Source: an uncultured delta proteobacterium (GTDB lineage: Bacteria; Myxococcota_A; Polyangia; Haliangiales; Haliangiaceae). Taken from it: a DNA stretch of 64,000 bases. A program made the translations under genes and the position numbers. The DNA lies in NCBI GenBank assembly GCA_963772655.1, contig CAVYYE010000003.1, positions 2,609,341 to 2,673,340 of the forward strand, written 5' to 3'. How positions within the stretch are numbered: the stretch's first letter is position 1; each line of letters starts with the position of its first letter. This document shows, one piece after another, positions 1-11,112 of this stretch. The notes below the pieces were generated by a model. It was not told the origin of the DNA, made no database searches, and worked only from the letters and a program-made list of their open reading frames with translations.

Positions 1-41
1 CCGGCTGACAACCGGTCGACGATGCCGCGAATCGCGTCACT

Positions 42-728
42 TCACGCCGCGAGATCCTCCGTCTTCCCGAGCTGCGTGCGCAGCCGGGCGACGGCGCGCC
101 ACAGCAGCTGGCACGCACGCGACGCCGTGATGCCGAGCGTGGTCGCGATGTCCTGGAACGTCATCTCTTCGAGGTAGTGCAGGCCGAGGAGCGTGACGTC
201 GCGAGGCTCGAGGTGATCGAGGGCGGCACGAACGCGGGCCAGCATCTCGCTGCGCGCCGCGAGCTCGCTCGGCGACTTCTGCTGGTCGACGAGGATGGTC
301 GCGCCTTCGCCATCGATCGACTCGGTCTCGACGTGGAGCAGGGTCGCGAGGTTGTCGCGGTAGTTCTCGACCGAGACACCGAGCGAGCGGGCGACCCTCT
401 CGTCGGTGGCCTGCTCCCCGGTGAGCTCGATCTGGCGGATCGTCGCCGCGACCTTGCGGGCGGCTTGACGCACCCGTCTTGGAAGCAGGTCACCGCGCCG
501 CAGCTCGTCGAGCACGGCACCGCGAATGCGCTGCTCGGCGAACGACAGGAACGGCTCGGCGCGAGACGAATCGTAGCGGCGTGCCGCCTCGGTCAGTCCG
601 AGGAAGCCCGCCGAGACGAGGTCCTCGCGGGCAACCCAGCTCGGGCAACGGCGCGCCATCTTCAGTGCGATCCGCCTCGCGACCTCGGTGTGTTCGGCGA
701 TCAGTTGGTCTCGCTGGGTTTGTTCCAC
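42..728 (-). CDS. RNA polymerase sigma factor, sigma-70 family group 3 (FliA/WhiG/SigB-like); GTG start
   Basis: 228-aa ORF with sigma-70 region 2 (LVSAGFLGL..ARRYD), region 3 and region 4 HTH (MTFQDIATTLGITASRACQLLWRAVARLR); length typical of sigma-28-type factors. Confidence 0.8.
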   Translation of the reverse strand: MEQTQRDQLIAEHTEVARRIALKMARRCPSWVAREDLVSAGFLGLTEAARRYDSSRAEPFLSFAEQRIRGAVLDELRRGDLLPRRVRQAARKVAATIRQIELTGEQATDERVARSLGVSVENYRDNLATLLHVETESIDGEGATILVDQQKSPSELAARSEMLARVRAALDHLEPRDVTLLGLHYLEEMTFQDIATTLGITASRACQLLWRAVARLRTQLGKTEDLAA

Positions 729-791
729 GAAGGGTCGTCATAGCGACCTCGATGCCAGCTTTCGCTCGAGTCCGAGCTCCGAGAAACATCA

Positions 792-811
792 GTGATTACA
801 GCGTGATTACA
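792..811. promoter_or_regulatory. tandem direct repeat GTGATTACA-GC-GTGATTACA in AT-richer promoter region of sigma factor gene
   Basis: Two exact 9-mers with 2-bp spacer, 64-83 nt upstream of GTG start (728) of the minus-strand sigma gene, in a locally low-GC stretch. Confidence 0.3.
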
Positions 812-885
812 CCCACTCAGGTTGTCCTATCGTCGCGGGTCGACCTACCCTGGGTAACGTCTGACCCGTCTCGATCTACCCGGAT

Positions 886-1824
886 CTACAACGCCATCAT
901 CGGATCGTCGTGGTGCTTGGGCCGGGACAAGTCCAGGTGCCGGACCACGCCGAGAACGACCTGCCGCTGATCGAACCCTCCGTCGAGCACCGGCAACCGG
1001 GTCGCCGGATCGCGATCGCCACGATCGACGACGGCGTACTCGACGAACAGGTCCCAGCGCTTGATCGACAGTACCGTGCCGACGCGGAGGTCGAGACGGG
1101 GTTGCGGATCGACGTCCATCCCGGTCGTGGGATCCGTGCCGCGCGCGTCGACCGGCACCGCGTATCCGAGGCCGACCCACGCGCCCCAGTGCCCGGACGG
1201 CTCCCGGAACAGCGCCGAGCCTCCGCCCGCCAGCTCGGTGACGAACGCGCTGGTCGAACGCGGCGCGGTGATGCCGATGCCGTCGAGACCTCCCGAGAGA
1301 TCGAACGTCACGACGTCGTTGATCGGATGTCGCCACTGCACGGTCATCGACTCCTGCGTCCACATGCCGGCGTGATCGATCAGGTGACCGCCGCCGCCCT
1401 GGATCGCGAGCGCGACGCGCTTGGCGAGCGGACTGCGCAACCCGAGCGACACGCTCTGCCACGGTTTCTCGTCGGTATCCGAGGGTTGTTTGGCCAGGAA
1501 GCTGACCTGCCCCGAGAGCTCCAGCTTCGAGAACAACGCGTAGCGTCCGGACAGGGAGAACAGCGCGAGGTCGGAGAATCGCAACTGGCGATCGCCGATG
1601 CCCGTCGGATCGGTGATCGGATCCGCCATCACGAACCTCATCGATCCGCCGAGCTCGGCTCCGCTGGGAAGCACGATGTAGTCGCGGGCGACGCCGCGCG
1701 CGGATCCTCCCGACGACGATCCGGCCTCGTCGAGGGACGGTCTCGAGATCGGGGATGTCAGATCGTCGGCCGTCGCGGTCCGACCCAAGCTCGCGAGCGC
1801 TACCAGTGTCCAAGCCCATCGCAT
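886..1824 (-). CDS. secreted hypothetical protein (possible beta-rich/outer-membrane protein)
   Basis: Internal Met gives signal peptide MRWAWTLVALASLGRTATA; the longer ORF upstream of this Met has no protein-like composition; sits upstream of and co-oriented with the sigma factor gene. Confidence 0.45.
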   Translation of the reverse strand: MRWAWTLVALASLGRTATADDLTSPISRPSLDEAGSSSGGSARGVARDYIVLPSGAELGGSMRFVMADPITDPTGIGDRQLRFSDLALFSLSGRYALFSKLELSGQVSFLAKQPSDTDEKPWQSVSLGLRSPLAKRVALAIQGGGGHLIDHAGMWTQESMTVQWRHPINDVVTFDLSGGLDGIGITAPRSTSAFVTELAGGGSALFREPSGHWGAWVGLGYAVPVDARGTDPTTGMDVDPQPRLDLRVGTVLSIKRWDLFVEYAVVDRGDRDPATRLPVLDGGFDQRQVVLGVVRHLDLSRPKHHDDPMMAL

Positions 1825-1856
1825 GGACCCTGCAACGCACGCGGGGCCGATGTGAT

Positions 1857-2285
1857 CTATCGAGATGCCGTGGTGAAGCGTTCGAGCTGCCGGTGATCGA
1901 CGGCTCCCGCGCGCTGGCGCACCAGCTGGCCGCCATCGAACACCGCGAAGTTCGGGATGCTCTGGACCTGGTAGCGCTGCGCGAGCGTGGTCAGCCGATC
2001 GGTGTCGACCTTGAGCACGAGCGCCTTGCCCTGGAGGTGTCGAGCGGCCTTCTGGACCTCGGGGGCGACCGCCCGACAGGGCCCACACCACGCCGCCCAG
2101 AAGTCGACCAGCACGGGCACGCGCGCCTCGCCGACGATCGAGTCGAAGTCGCTGGTCGACTCGATCTTGATCGGGAAGTGCTGCGCTGGAAGCGGCGCGT
2201 GGCAGCGACCGCACTTCCCGGCATCCGCGAGGTGGCGGACCGGGATCCGGTTGACGGCATGACAGCTCTCGCAGGTCCGTTGCAT
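1857..2285 (-). CDS. trxC: thioredoxin, TrxC-type with N-terminal zinc-finger
   Basis: MQRTCESCH..CGRCH N-terminal CxxC..CxxC zinc finger followed by thioredoxin active site WAAWCGPC; 142 aa; long N-terminal extension of the ORF is low-complexity Gly/Phe and rejected. Confidence 0.75.
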   Translation of the reverse strand: MQRTCESCHAVNRIPVRHLADAGKCGRCHAPLPAQHFPIKIESTSDFDSIVGEARVPVLVDFWAAWCGPCRAVAPEVQKAARHLQGKALVLKVDTDRLTTLAQRYQVQSIPNFAVFDGGQLVRQRAGAVDHRQLERFTTASR

Positions 2286-2343
2286 GCGAACACCGTAATC
2301 ACGATCCGGCGAGACATCAGGGGCGGGTGTTACCGTCCGCGAC

Positions 2344-3222
2344 GTGGCGAAGACCAAGGGGAAGAAGCAACCAGCACGTAAACCCGCAAAGGCTGCGCCC
2401 GAGAAGACCAAGCCCGCGTCCAAGCCCAAACCGAAGAAGACCACGAAGGCCACGAAGGCCGCCCCGAAAACGAAGGCCGCCCCGAAGACGAAGACAGCCA
2501 AGAAGCCGCCGAAGCTGCCCACCCAGGCGGTCAAACCCAAGCGCGCGACCCGACCGTCGCTGCCGTTGCCGCCACCTCCGCCACCGCCACCGCCGACGCG
2601 CGACGAGCTCGTGGCCGATCGCGACATCGGCCGACTGCTTCGCTACGGCGAGAAGTTCGGCGCCAAGAAGATCGACGTGCGCATGTTGCCGCTCGCGCTA
2701 CCGGTGGGGTCGGGGGCGCTCGCACTCTGCGACCCGGGCGCACCGAAGAGCTGGAAGGTGCTCGACCGTCCCTCGGGGAGCGGCGCGTTTCGCGTCATGT
2801 TGTCGGTGGTACGCGAGCCGCCGCCACCGCGGAGCAAGGATCCGAATCCCGTCGAGCGGCTCGCGGCGGTGGTGATCCACGTCGGCCGGCCGCCGATCGA
2901 GCGCTGGACGGTGGCACACCTCGCCGGGCAGAAGCGCCCGAAGTCGATCGACAAGATCCCGCACTGGCCGGTCACCACCGGGTGGCTGGCGCTGGTCGAC
3001 GCCGGATCCGGATCGCCGGGAGTGATCGCGGTGCCGGAAGCACCGGCCGGGGTCACACCGGTCGAGGTCCCGCTCACGGACGGCCGCCGCGCCCTCGCCT
3101 TTCCCTGCGGTGCCGGCGAGTTCGCCGCGTACTGGGCGATCGACGCCGCCGACAAGCCCGTGTGTTTGGTGGTGGATTTCGACGTGTTCACGCAGAAGGA
3201 CTGGAAGGCCAAGCCGAGCTGA
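2344..3222 (+). CDS. hypothetical protein: Lys/Ala/Pro-rich histone H1-like N-terminal tail plus poly-Pro linker plus DUF4241-like C-terminal domain
   Basis: N-terminus MAKTKGKKQPARKPAKAAPEKTKP...KAAPKTKAAPKTK (AKP-type repeats), PPPPPPPPPP linker, globular C-terminal domain; good high-GC third-position codon usage. Confidence 0.6.
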   Translation: MAKTKGKKQPARKPAKAAPEKTKPASKPKPKKTTKATKAAPKTKAAPKTKTAKKPPKLPTQAVKPKRATRPSLPLPPPPPPPPPTRDELVADRDIGRLLRYGEKFGAKKIDVRMLPLALPVGSGALALCDPGAPKSWKVLDRPSGSGAFRVMLSVVREPPPPRSKDPNPVERLAAVVIHVGRPPIERWTVAHLAGQKRPKSIDKIPHWPVTTGWLALVDAGSGSPGVIAVPEAPAGVTPVEVPLTDGRRALAFPCGAGEFAAYWAIDAADKPVCLVVDFDVFTQKDWKAKPS

Positions 3223-3279
3223 CCGACCGCGTCCGGACCCGGACCCCACGAGCCACGCGATCCGCGATACACCTCCGGA

Positions 3280-3801
3280 ATGCGCCTGGTGTTCGTGTCG
3301 TTGCTCGCGATCGGGTGCGGGGGTTCGGGGACCAAACCTACCCACCCGCAGTCGACGCCGCCGGATGCGGCGAACGGCGACACCACCAAGGCCGTGGTCA
3401 AGACGCCGTTCTCGCTCGAGGTACTCGAGGTCGAGGCACGCAGCGAGGTGGCGCAGCCGTTCGCGGAGCAGCTGAGCAGCTCGTTGCGTGCCGCCGCGCG
3501 CGAGTACGACGCGATCAAGCTCGGCCCCGGCTCCCACAACCTGGTCGATCAGAAGGTGCTGGTGGCCTGCGACGACGAGGCGCCCACGTGCATGGCCAAG
3601 GTCGCGCACAACGTGCACGCCGACCGCATCGTGTACGGCTCGCTGGAGCCCAGCGGTCCCAAGCTCGACATCGTGCTGAAGTTGCTGGTCGCGAAGACCA
3701 AGTACGTGATCGAGTGGACGGGACGGGTCTCCCCCGACGACGCCAGCCTGAAGGCCACGGCACGCGATGCGATGGCGTCGCTCCTGAGCCGCGCACCATG
3801 A
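3280..3801 (+). CDS. lipoprotein, hypothetical
   Basis: Signal peptide with lipobox LLAIGC; 173 aa; first of three consecutive small lipoprotein genes. Confidence 0.5.
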   Translation: MRLVFVSLLAIGCGGSGTKPTHPQSTPPDAANGDTTKAVVKTPFSLEVLEVEARSEVAQPFAEQLSSSLRAAAREYDAIKLGPGSHNLVDQKVLVACDDEAPTCMAKVAHNVHADRIVYGSLEPSGPKLDIVLKLLVAKTKYVIEWTGRVSPDDASLKATARDAMASLLSRAP

Positions 3802-4172
3802 GGTGTGCCTGGGTCGCCGCGGTGGTGCTCGCCGGGTGCTCGAGCGGCCCGCCCAAGGATCCGACCTACACGCCGGCGGGCCCCAAACCGTGCGAGCGCA
3901 TGGCCGATCACCTGGTCGGCCTGATGCAGCCCAAGGATCCGAAGACCGGCAAGCCGATCGATCCGGATCCGGACACCGCCGACAAGATCACCCGGGTGTT
4001 GATCCGGACCTGTACCGACGACAAGTGGACGATCGACGCGCAGAGTTGCGTGGAGAAGCTGCAGTCGTTCGAGGACTTCGAGCGTTGCGCGCCGCTGCTC
4101 ACCGTCGAGCAGCGCAACTCGCTGGTCCACACGTTCGACGTCGCATTCCCGAAGCAGCCGTCCTCGCAGTAG
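3798..4172 (+). CDS. lipoprotein, hypothetical (paralog of next gene)
   Basis: Start overlaps previous stop (ATGA); signal peptide MRCAWVAAVVLAGCSS; conserved Cys pattern shared with 4174-4662. Confidence 0.5.
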   Translation: MRCAWVAAVVLAGCSSGPPKDPTYTPAGPKPCERMADHLVGLMQPKDPKTGKPIDPDPDTADKITRVLIRTCTDDKWTIDAQSCVEKLQSFEDFERCAPLLTVEQRNSLVHTFDVAFPKQPSSQ

Positions 4173-4173
4173 G

Positions 4174-4662
4174 ATGTCCGCCATGTTCAAGCTCGGTGGG
4201 ATCGCGCTTGCCGTCGTGCTCGCGGCGTGCGGCGCGGGGTCGAAGTCGTCGCAGCAGACCATGCCGATGGCGCAGCAACCGTCGGAGTGCGAGGTGATGG
4301 CGAAGCACGTCGCCGGAGTCGTGATGCGCTTCCAGGAGCCACCTCCGACCACCGAGGATGCCGTGGCCGACGTGATCGGCAGGCACTGCGAATCCGACGG
4401 CTGGAGCGCCGACGCCAAGCAGTGTCTCGGCGGAGCCACCGACGAGCCGTCGGTGAAGGCGTGCGTGTCGAGCCTGACCGAGCAGCAACACGATGCGGTC
4501 ATGACCGACTTCCGGGCGCTCGTCGGGGTCCACAAGGACGAGGCCAAGACGACGGACGCTTCGCCCCCTCCACCACCGCAGCCGGAACCGAACACCGGGG
4601 GCTCGATCCCGGGTGGCGGCGACGGCGGCGACGGCGCGGACCCCTGCGAGGGCGGCGAGTAA
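4174..4662 (+). CDS. lipoprotein, hypothetical (paralog of previous gene)
   Basis: Signal peptide/lipobox VVLAACGA; shares motif CE.MA.H..G...RxCxxDxWxxDAxxC with 3798-4172; Pro-rich acidic C-terminus. Confidence 0.5.
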   Translation: MSAMFKLGGIALAVVLAACGAGSKSSQQTMPMAQQPSECEVMAKHVAGVVMRFQEPPPTTEDAVADVIGRHCESDGWSADAKQCLGGATDEPSVKACVSSLTEQQHDAVMTDFRALVGVHKDEAKTTDASPPPPPQPEPNTGGSIPGGGDGGDGADPCEGGE

Positions 4663-4706
4663 GGTTTCGGCGCGGGGTCCGCGCGGGACGTGCTAAACGA
4701 CCTGCC

Positions 4707-6884
<2,178 letters not shown>

Positions 6885-6902
6885 CGCGGTAGCATCGTCG
6901 CG

Positions 6903-7460
6903 ATGCGCGAGCTCGCGAACTCCGTGACGATCATGGCGATCGCGATCGCGATCGCGGCGTGCGGCGGCCATCACTACGATGCCTCCGAGGCCCACGCGAT
7001 CACGACGTCGGCCGTCGCGGTCGGAGATCGTGCCCCGAGCTCCACGTTGACCGACGCGTCGGGGCATCCCGTCGCGCTCGCGACGATCATCGGAGCGCAC
7101 GAGCGAACGATCGTCACGTTCTATCGCGGCTTCTATTGAAGCAGCTGCACGCGCTGGCTCGGCGAGCTGGCGAATCATGCGAGCGATCTCGCGGCGCGCG
7201 ATGCCGTGGTGGTGGCGATCGCCGCGGACGAGGTCGAGGACATGGCCGCGCTACAGACCCGCATGCGCGGCATCGTGTTGTTGACCGATCCTGGCCTCAC
7301 CGTGCTGCGCGCGTGGGGGGCCTTACTCCCGGGAGCCGAGCACCCCAGCCCGATCACGTTCGTGGTGAGGCGTGACGAACGCATCAGCTACCGGCACCCA
7401 CTCGACGAACACGGCGATTGGCCGCCCTATGCCAACGTGTTCGACGCGTTGTCGCGATAA
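6903..7460 (+). CDS. redoxin/AhpC-TSA family thiol-disulfide oxidoreductase lipoprotein with in-frame TGA at the active site (candidate selenoprotein, U-x-x-C); alternatively a pseudogene
   Basis: ORFs 6903-7139 and 7206-7460 are in the same frame and separated by a single TGA (7137-7139); combined product reads ...VGDRAPSSTLTDASGHPVALATIIGAHERTIVTFYRGFY-[TGA]-SSCTRWLGELA..., aligning to the redoxin FYRGxWCPxC motif with TGA at the first Cys; lipobox AIAIAACGG. Confidence 0.5.
7152..7172 (+). promoter_or_regulatory. candidate SECIS-like hairpin about 12 nt downstream of the in-frame UGA
   Basis: Inverted complementarity CGCUGGCUC / GAGCUGGCG (with G-U pairs) forming a ~9-bp GC-rich stem with a small apical loop, starting ~12 nt 3' of UGA; folding not computed. 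Confidence 0.25.
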
Positions 7461-7528
7461 CGCCGCATCACGCATACACCGGGGGCTTTTGTGGGAAACT
7501 CGCCACGCGGTAATCTCGAAGCTGGCTG

Positions 7529-9256
7529 ATGACGGCGGCATCTCCATCGCCCGACACGCACGATGTCGAGCTCGGCACCGTGCTGGACGGGCGCTACCGC
7601 ATCGATGCGGTGCTCGGCACCGGCGGGATGGGATGCGTCTATCGTGGCGAGCACACCGGCATCGGTCGCCCGGTGGCGATCAAGGTGCTCCACGCCGACC
7701 TCAACCGTAACCGCGAGGCCGCGCAGCGGTTCCAGCGGGAGGCGATCGCCTCCGGTCGCCTCGATCATCCCAACATCGTCGGAGTCAGCGACTTCGGCGT
7801 CCTCGAATCGGGCTCGTGCTACCTGGTCATGGAGGTGCTCGAGGGAGAGTCGCTCGGGACGCGCCTCGAGCGGGAGCGCCGGATCCCGTGGCCCGAGGCG
7901 CTCGCGATCCTGCGCGGCGTGCTTCGCGGCCTCCACCACGCCCACGAACGTGGCGTCGTGCACCGCGACATCAAACCCGACAACATCTTCCTCGCACGCA
8001 AAGACGACGAGACCGTGGTCAAGATCCTCGATTTCGGGATCGCCAAGCTGTACGCCGGGAGCGCCGACGATCCGGCCTCGACGCGCGCCGGGATCACGGT
8101 CGGAACGCCTGCCTACCTGTCTCCGGAGCAGGCGGTCGGCGGCGAGATCAAGCCGGCCTCCGACATCTACTCGACGTCGATCGTGCTCTACGAGATGCTG
8201 ACCGGGCGCCCGCCGTTCGAGGACGAGGATCCGCTCGCGATGCTCGGCGCCCACGTCAGCCGGCCACCGCCGCCGTTCGCGGAGCGCGCGCCGGATCTCG
8301 ACGTCCCTCCCGAAGTCGAGGCGCTGATCGATCACGGACTGGCCAAGATCGCCGCCGAGCGCATCGGCTCGGCGAACGACTACATCGCCCAGATCGACGC
8401 GATCCTGGCCGCCAAGCCCAGAGGAGGCGTCGCCGCACTGATCGCCTCGGAGCTCGGCGGTGCACCCGCGCTCGGCACGCAACAGACCGACCTCGCGATC
8501 GCGACCTCGATGCCAGGCAACATTGCCACCCCGGTCCCGGGCGGCGAGGCGGGTGTCGTCACGCCACTTCCGCGTGCCGCGACGCCGTTTCCCCAGCTGG
8601 CCACGCCGGTCCCCGGCACCGTCACCCCCGTGCCCGGCACCGCCACGCCGGTCCCCAACACCCCCACGCCAGGCACCGCCACGCCGGTCCCCGGCACCGT
8701 CACGCCCGTGCCCGGCGGCATGCACGTCGCACGAGCGATCCGTGCGGTGTCGATCGCCGATGCGGCCCCGATCCCGCGGCGATGGCTCGTGCGCGGCGCG
8801 GTGATCGCCGCGATCACGATCGCGGTCGTCCTGCTACTGATCCTGTTGCGAGGGGGCAAGAGCGATCACGCGAAGTCCGGGTCGACCGATCGTTCCGTTC
8901 CCACCAGGGCCGCGCCAACCCCGACGTTGTTGTCCCCGACACCGGTCTACAACGAGCGCGACGACGAGGAACATCAGACCAAGCTCAAGGCTGCGCTGTA
9001 CGAGCTCAAGGAAGGCAAGACCTGCGAGGATCGACGTGCCGCGATCTCCGACTTGCTCGATCTCGACGATCCAGCGGCGATCCCGGATCTCAAGCGCGCG
9101 CGCTATCGCATGCGCGGCGGCGTGCTCGGGATCGGTGACTCGAACACCAACGGGTGCCTCCGCAAGGATGCCGAGGAGGCGATCCAGGAACTGTCGCGCA
9201 ACCTGCCCGATCCACCACCCCGCAAGCGGGGACGCGGACGCGGGCGGCATTTCTAG
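7529..9256 (+). CDS. serine/threonine protein kinase (Hanks-type) with Pro-rich TPVPG repeats, TM segment and C-terminal HEAT-like region
   Basis: Kinase subdomains GTGGMGCVY, AIK, HRDIKPDN, DFG, TPAYLSPE; repeats TPVPGTVTPVPGTATPVPNTPTPGTATPVPG; hydrophobic segment AVIAAITIAVVLLLILL. Confidence 0.9.
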   Translation: MTAASPSPDTHDVELGTVLDGRYRIDAVLGTGGMGCVYRGEHTGIGRPVAIKVLHADLNRNREAAQRFQREAIASGRLDHPNIVGVSDFGVLESGSCYLVMEVLEGESLGTRLERERRIPWPEALAILRGVLRGLHHAHERGVVHRDIKPDNIFLARKDDETVVKILDFGIAKLYAGSADDPASTRAGITVGTPAYLSPEQAVGGEIKPASDIYSTSIVLYEMLTGRPPFEDEDPLAMLGAHVSRPPPPFAERAPDLDVPPEVEALIDHGLAKIAAERIGSANDYIAQIDAILAAKPRGGVAALIASELGGAPALGTQQTDLAIATSMPGNIATPVPGGEAGVVTPLPRAATPFPQLATPVPGTVTPVPGTATPVPNTPTPGTATPVPGTVTPVPGGMHVARAIRAVSIADAAPIPRRWLVRGAVIAAITIAVVLLLILLRGGKSDHAKSGSTDRSVPTRAAPTPTLLSPTPVYNERDDEEHQTKLKAALYELKEGKTCEDRRAAISDLLDLDDPAAIPDLKRARYRMRGGVLGIGDSNTNGCLRKDAEEAIQELSRNLPDPPPRKRGRGRGRHF

Positions 9257-9265
9257 ACGCGAGGG

Positions 9266-10150
9266 CTAGCCCAGCGACGGCAGCGGTTCGCGCGACGCGC
9301 GCCACGACGGCGGGATCCCGTCGAGCCCGACCGCTCCGACCACGATTCCTCCCACCATCGCGCACGTGGTGTCGATGTCGCCGCCGACCTCGCCGCACGC
9401 CCACAGCGCACCGACGTAGTCCGCGAGGTGAGTCGCCGCACACCACAGCGCGAACGGCACGGTATCGGTCGCGAGCACGTTGCTGCCGTTGCCGAGCTCC
9501 GCGGCCACGGTGATCGGCTCCTCTCTCAACATGCCGGTCGCGCGACGCACGCCATCGCGCACGGGGCCGGCCGGGGTCTTGGCCATCACGGCCTCGAGCA
9601 ACCCACGCGCGTCGCGCTCGCCGGCGAACACCGCACCGGCCGCCACCGCGATCGCGATCGCTCCTGCGACGCCGTCGCGGTGTGCGTGGGTCGGTGCCGC
9701 CGAGCGGCGTGCGTGCTCGACCGCATCGTCGAGCGAATCGGCGAAGTACGCCCCGATCGGTCCGGCGCGCATGCCGCCGCCGTTACCGCACGACCCCTGG
9801 CCGCGAAACAGCGCGCGGGACGCCGCGTCGTAAGGCGTGCCGGCGGCGATCTGCCCGAGCACCTCGTGGGCACCGCTGCCGTAGCCGCGTGCCGGGTCGG
9901 CGAGGTAGCGACTCGCGAATGCCTGGGCGAGCACTTCGGTGTCGATGCCCGCGTGATCGCGCAGCACCTCGACGATCGAGAGCGCCATCGCGGTGTCGTC
10001 GGTCCACATCCAGCGTCGGGAGCGAGGGGGCCGGCGATCCGACAGCGCCTCGACGCGAGCCTGCGCTCCCTCGTGAAGGAGCTGCTCGCCGAATGCATCG
10101 GCCACCGATAGCCCCTCGAGACTCAACACCGCGCGCTCGTCTGGCTTCAT
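9266..10150 (-). CDS. ADP-ribosylglycohydrolase family protein (DraG-like)
   Basis: WTDDTAMALSIVEVL and later DTTCAMVGGIVVGAVG motifs typical of ADP-ribosylglycohydrolases; start set at MKPDERAV because the upstream part of the ORF overlaps the convincing + strand hydrolase gene. Confidence 0.8.
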   Translation of the reverse strand: MKPDERAVLSLEGLSVADAFGEQLLHEGAQARVEALSDRRPPRSRRWMWTDDTAMALSIVEVLRDHAGIDTEVLAQAFASRYLADPARGYGSGAHEVLGQIAAGTPYDAASRALFRGQGSCGNGGGMRAGPIGAYFADSLDDAVEHARRSAAPTHAHRDGVAGAIAIAVAAGAVFAGERDARGLLEAVMAKTPAGPVRDGVRRATGMLREEPITVAAELGNGSNVLATDTVPFALWCAATHLADYVGALWACGEVGGDIDTTCAMVGGIVVGAVGLDGIPPSWRASREPLPSLG

Positions 10151-10171
10151 GGTGTACCTATCACTCGTAAC

Positions 10172-10822
10172 ATGACTCCCCCGCCGCGGTTCCTCTACCT
10201 CCACGGCTTTGCCTCCGGGCCAACCTCGAAGAAGGGGTGCGCCTTCAGCGAGCATTTTGCCCCACGCGCCGCCATCGAGCGCTTGAACCTGCGAGTGCCG
10301 TCGTTCGAGCACCTGCGCTTGTCGGTCATGATCGACACCGTGACCCGGGCGCTCGGCGAGGCCCGCGATCGTGCCGTCGTGATCGGGAGCTCGCTCGGGG
10401 GGCTGACCGCGGCGCGTTCGGCGGAGCGCGATCCGCGGATCGCCGCGCTCGTGCTGATGGCGCCCGCGTTCCAGATCGCCGCGAGGTGGCGCGAACAGCT
10501 CGGCGACGAGCTCGAGACGTGGCGGCAGACCGGATGGCGCGAGGTGATCGATCACACCACCGATGCACCGGCGCGCGTCGACTTCGGTTTCTTCGAGGAT
10601 CTCGTGACCGTCGATGTCGACTTTCCCGACGTCCGCGTTCCGACCTTGATCCTTCACGGTCGTGGCGATGACGTGGTGCCGATCGAGCACTCGCGCCGGT
10701 TCGCCGCCGGCAAGCGGCACGTCGAGCTGATCGAGCTCGACGACGGTCACGAGCTCGTGCAGTCGATCCCGATCATCCTCGGGCACGCGGAGCGCTTCCT
10801 CGCGCCGTGGCTCGGAGCCTGA
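10172..10822 (+). CDS. alpha/beta hydrolase, YqiA-like esterase (UPF0227)
   Basis: FLYLHGFASGP ... GSSLGG nucleophile elbow ... LILHGRGDDVVP ... DDGHEL; 216 aa. Confidence 0.8.
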   Translation: MTPPPRFLYLHGFASGPTSKKGCAFSEHFAPRAAIERLNLRVPSFEHLRLSVMIDTVTRALGEARDRAVVIGSSLGGLTAARSAERDPRIAALVLMAPAFQIAARWREQLGDELETWRQTGWREVIDHTTDAPARVDFGFFEDLVTVDVDFPDVRVPTLILHGRGDDVVPIEHSRRFAAGKRHVELIELDDGHELVQSIPIILGHAERFLAPWLGA

Positions 10823-10835
10823 GCGCGTGTCGCGT

Positions 10836-11018
10836 CTACTCGCCGCTCGGGATGTGCGGCCCGATCAGCATCAGCAAGAACAGTAGCGCCAGCGAGATCC
10901 ACACGAACGTCATCACCCACTTCGTCGTCCGTGCCGTCGCCTCGCCGCTCTCGAGCCGAGCGTGCGGCAACGGGTCGGTCTGGACGTCGAAGTCACTCTG
11001 ACCAACTGACCGGGGCAT
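10836..11018 (-). CDS. small membrane protein, hypothetical
   Basis: 60-aa C-terminal portion of an ORF with one TM helix (WVMTFVWISLALLFLLMLIG); weak. Confidence 0.3.
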   Translation of the reverse strand: MPRSVGQSDFDVQTDPLPHARLESGEATARTTKWVMTFVWISLALLFLLMLIGPHIPSGE

Positions 11019-11112
11019 GGTCTTGAGATGCCGGATCCGGCGGCCAACGACGTGCGGCGCGTTGTCACGGGGAGGGTGTCCACCGCCCGGCCGGCTCGTG
11101 GCTCTTGTCGAC

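Noticed and set aside
845-1936. Long ORFs in alternative frames and strands throughout the window (e.g. 845-1936-, 910-1896+, 2982-4172+, 5463-7178-, 7427-8725-, 7816-9138+, 12561-14081-, 12629-15961+, 15279-16613-, 17139-18809-, 20359-21339+, 27092-29143-, 36198-38753-, 46155-47693-, 46640-49774+, 49180-50982-, 55635-56563+)
   Set aside because: Their products are Arg/Ala/Gly/Pro-rich with no domain signatures, as expected for out-of-frame translation of ~70% GC DNA, and each overlaps a gene with clear motifs and GC3 bias.
7137-7139. Simple pseudogene interpretation of the TGA-interrupted redoxin gene
   Set aside because: Not rejected outright, but considered less likely than Sec decoding because the stop replaces exactly the catalytic Cys codon while both flanking reading frames are intact. 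It is retained as the alternative in the feature call.
9266-10786. Full 506-aa minus-strand ORF as the ADP-ribosylglycohydrolase gene
   Set aside because: The N-terminal 210 residues are antisense to the well-supported YqiA-like hydrolase gene and lack homology. An internal Met (MKPDERAV) gives a standard-length enzyme.
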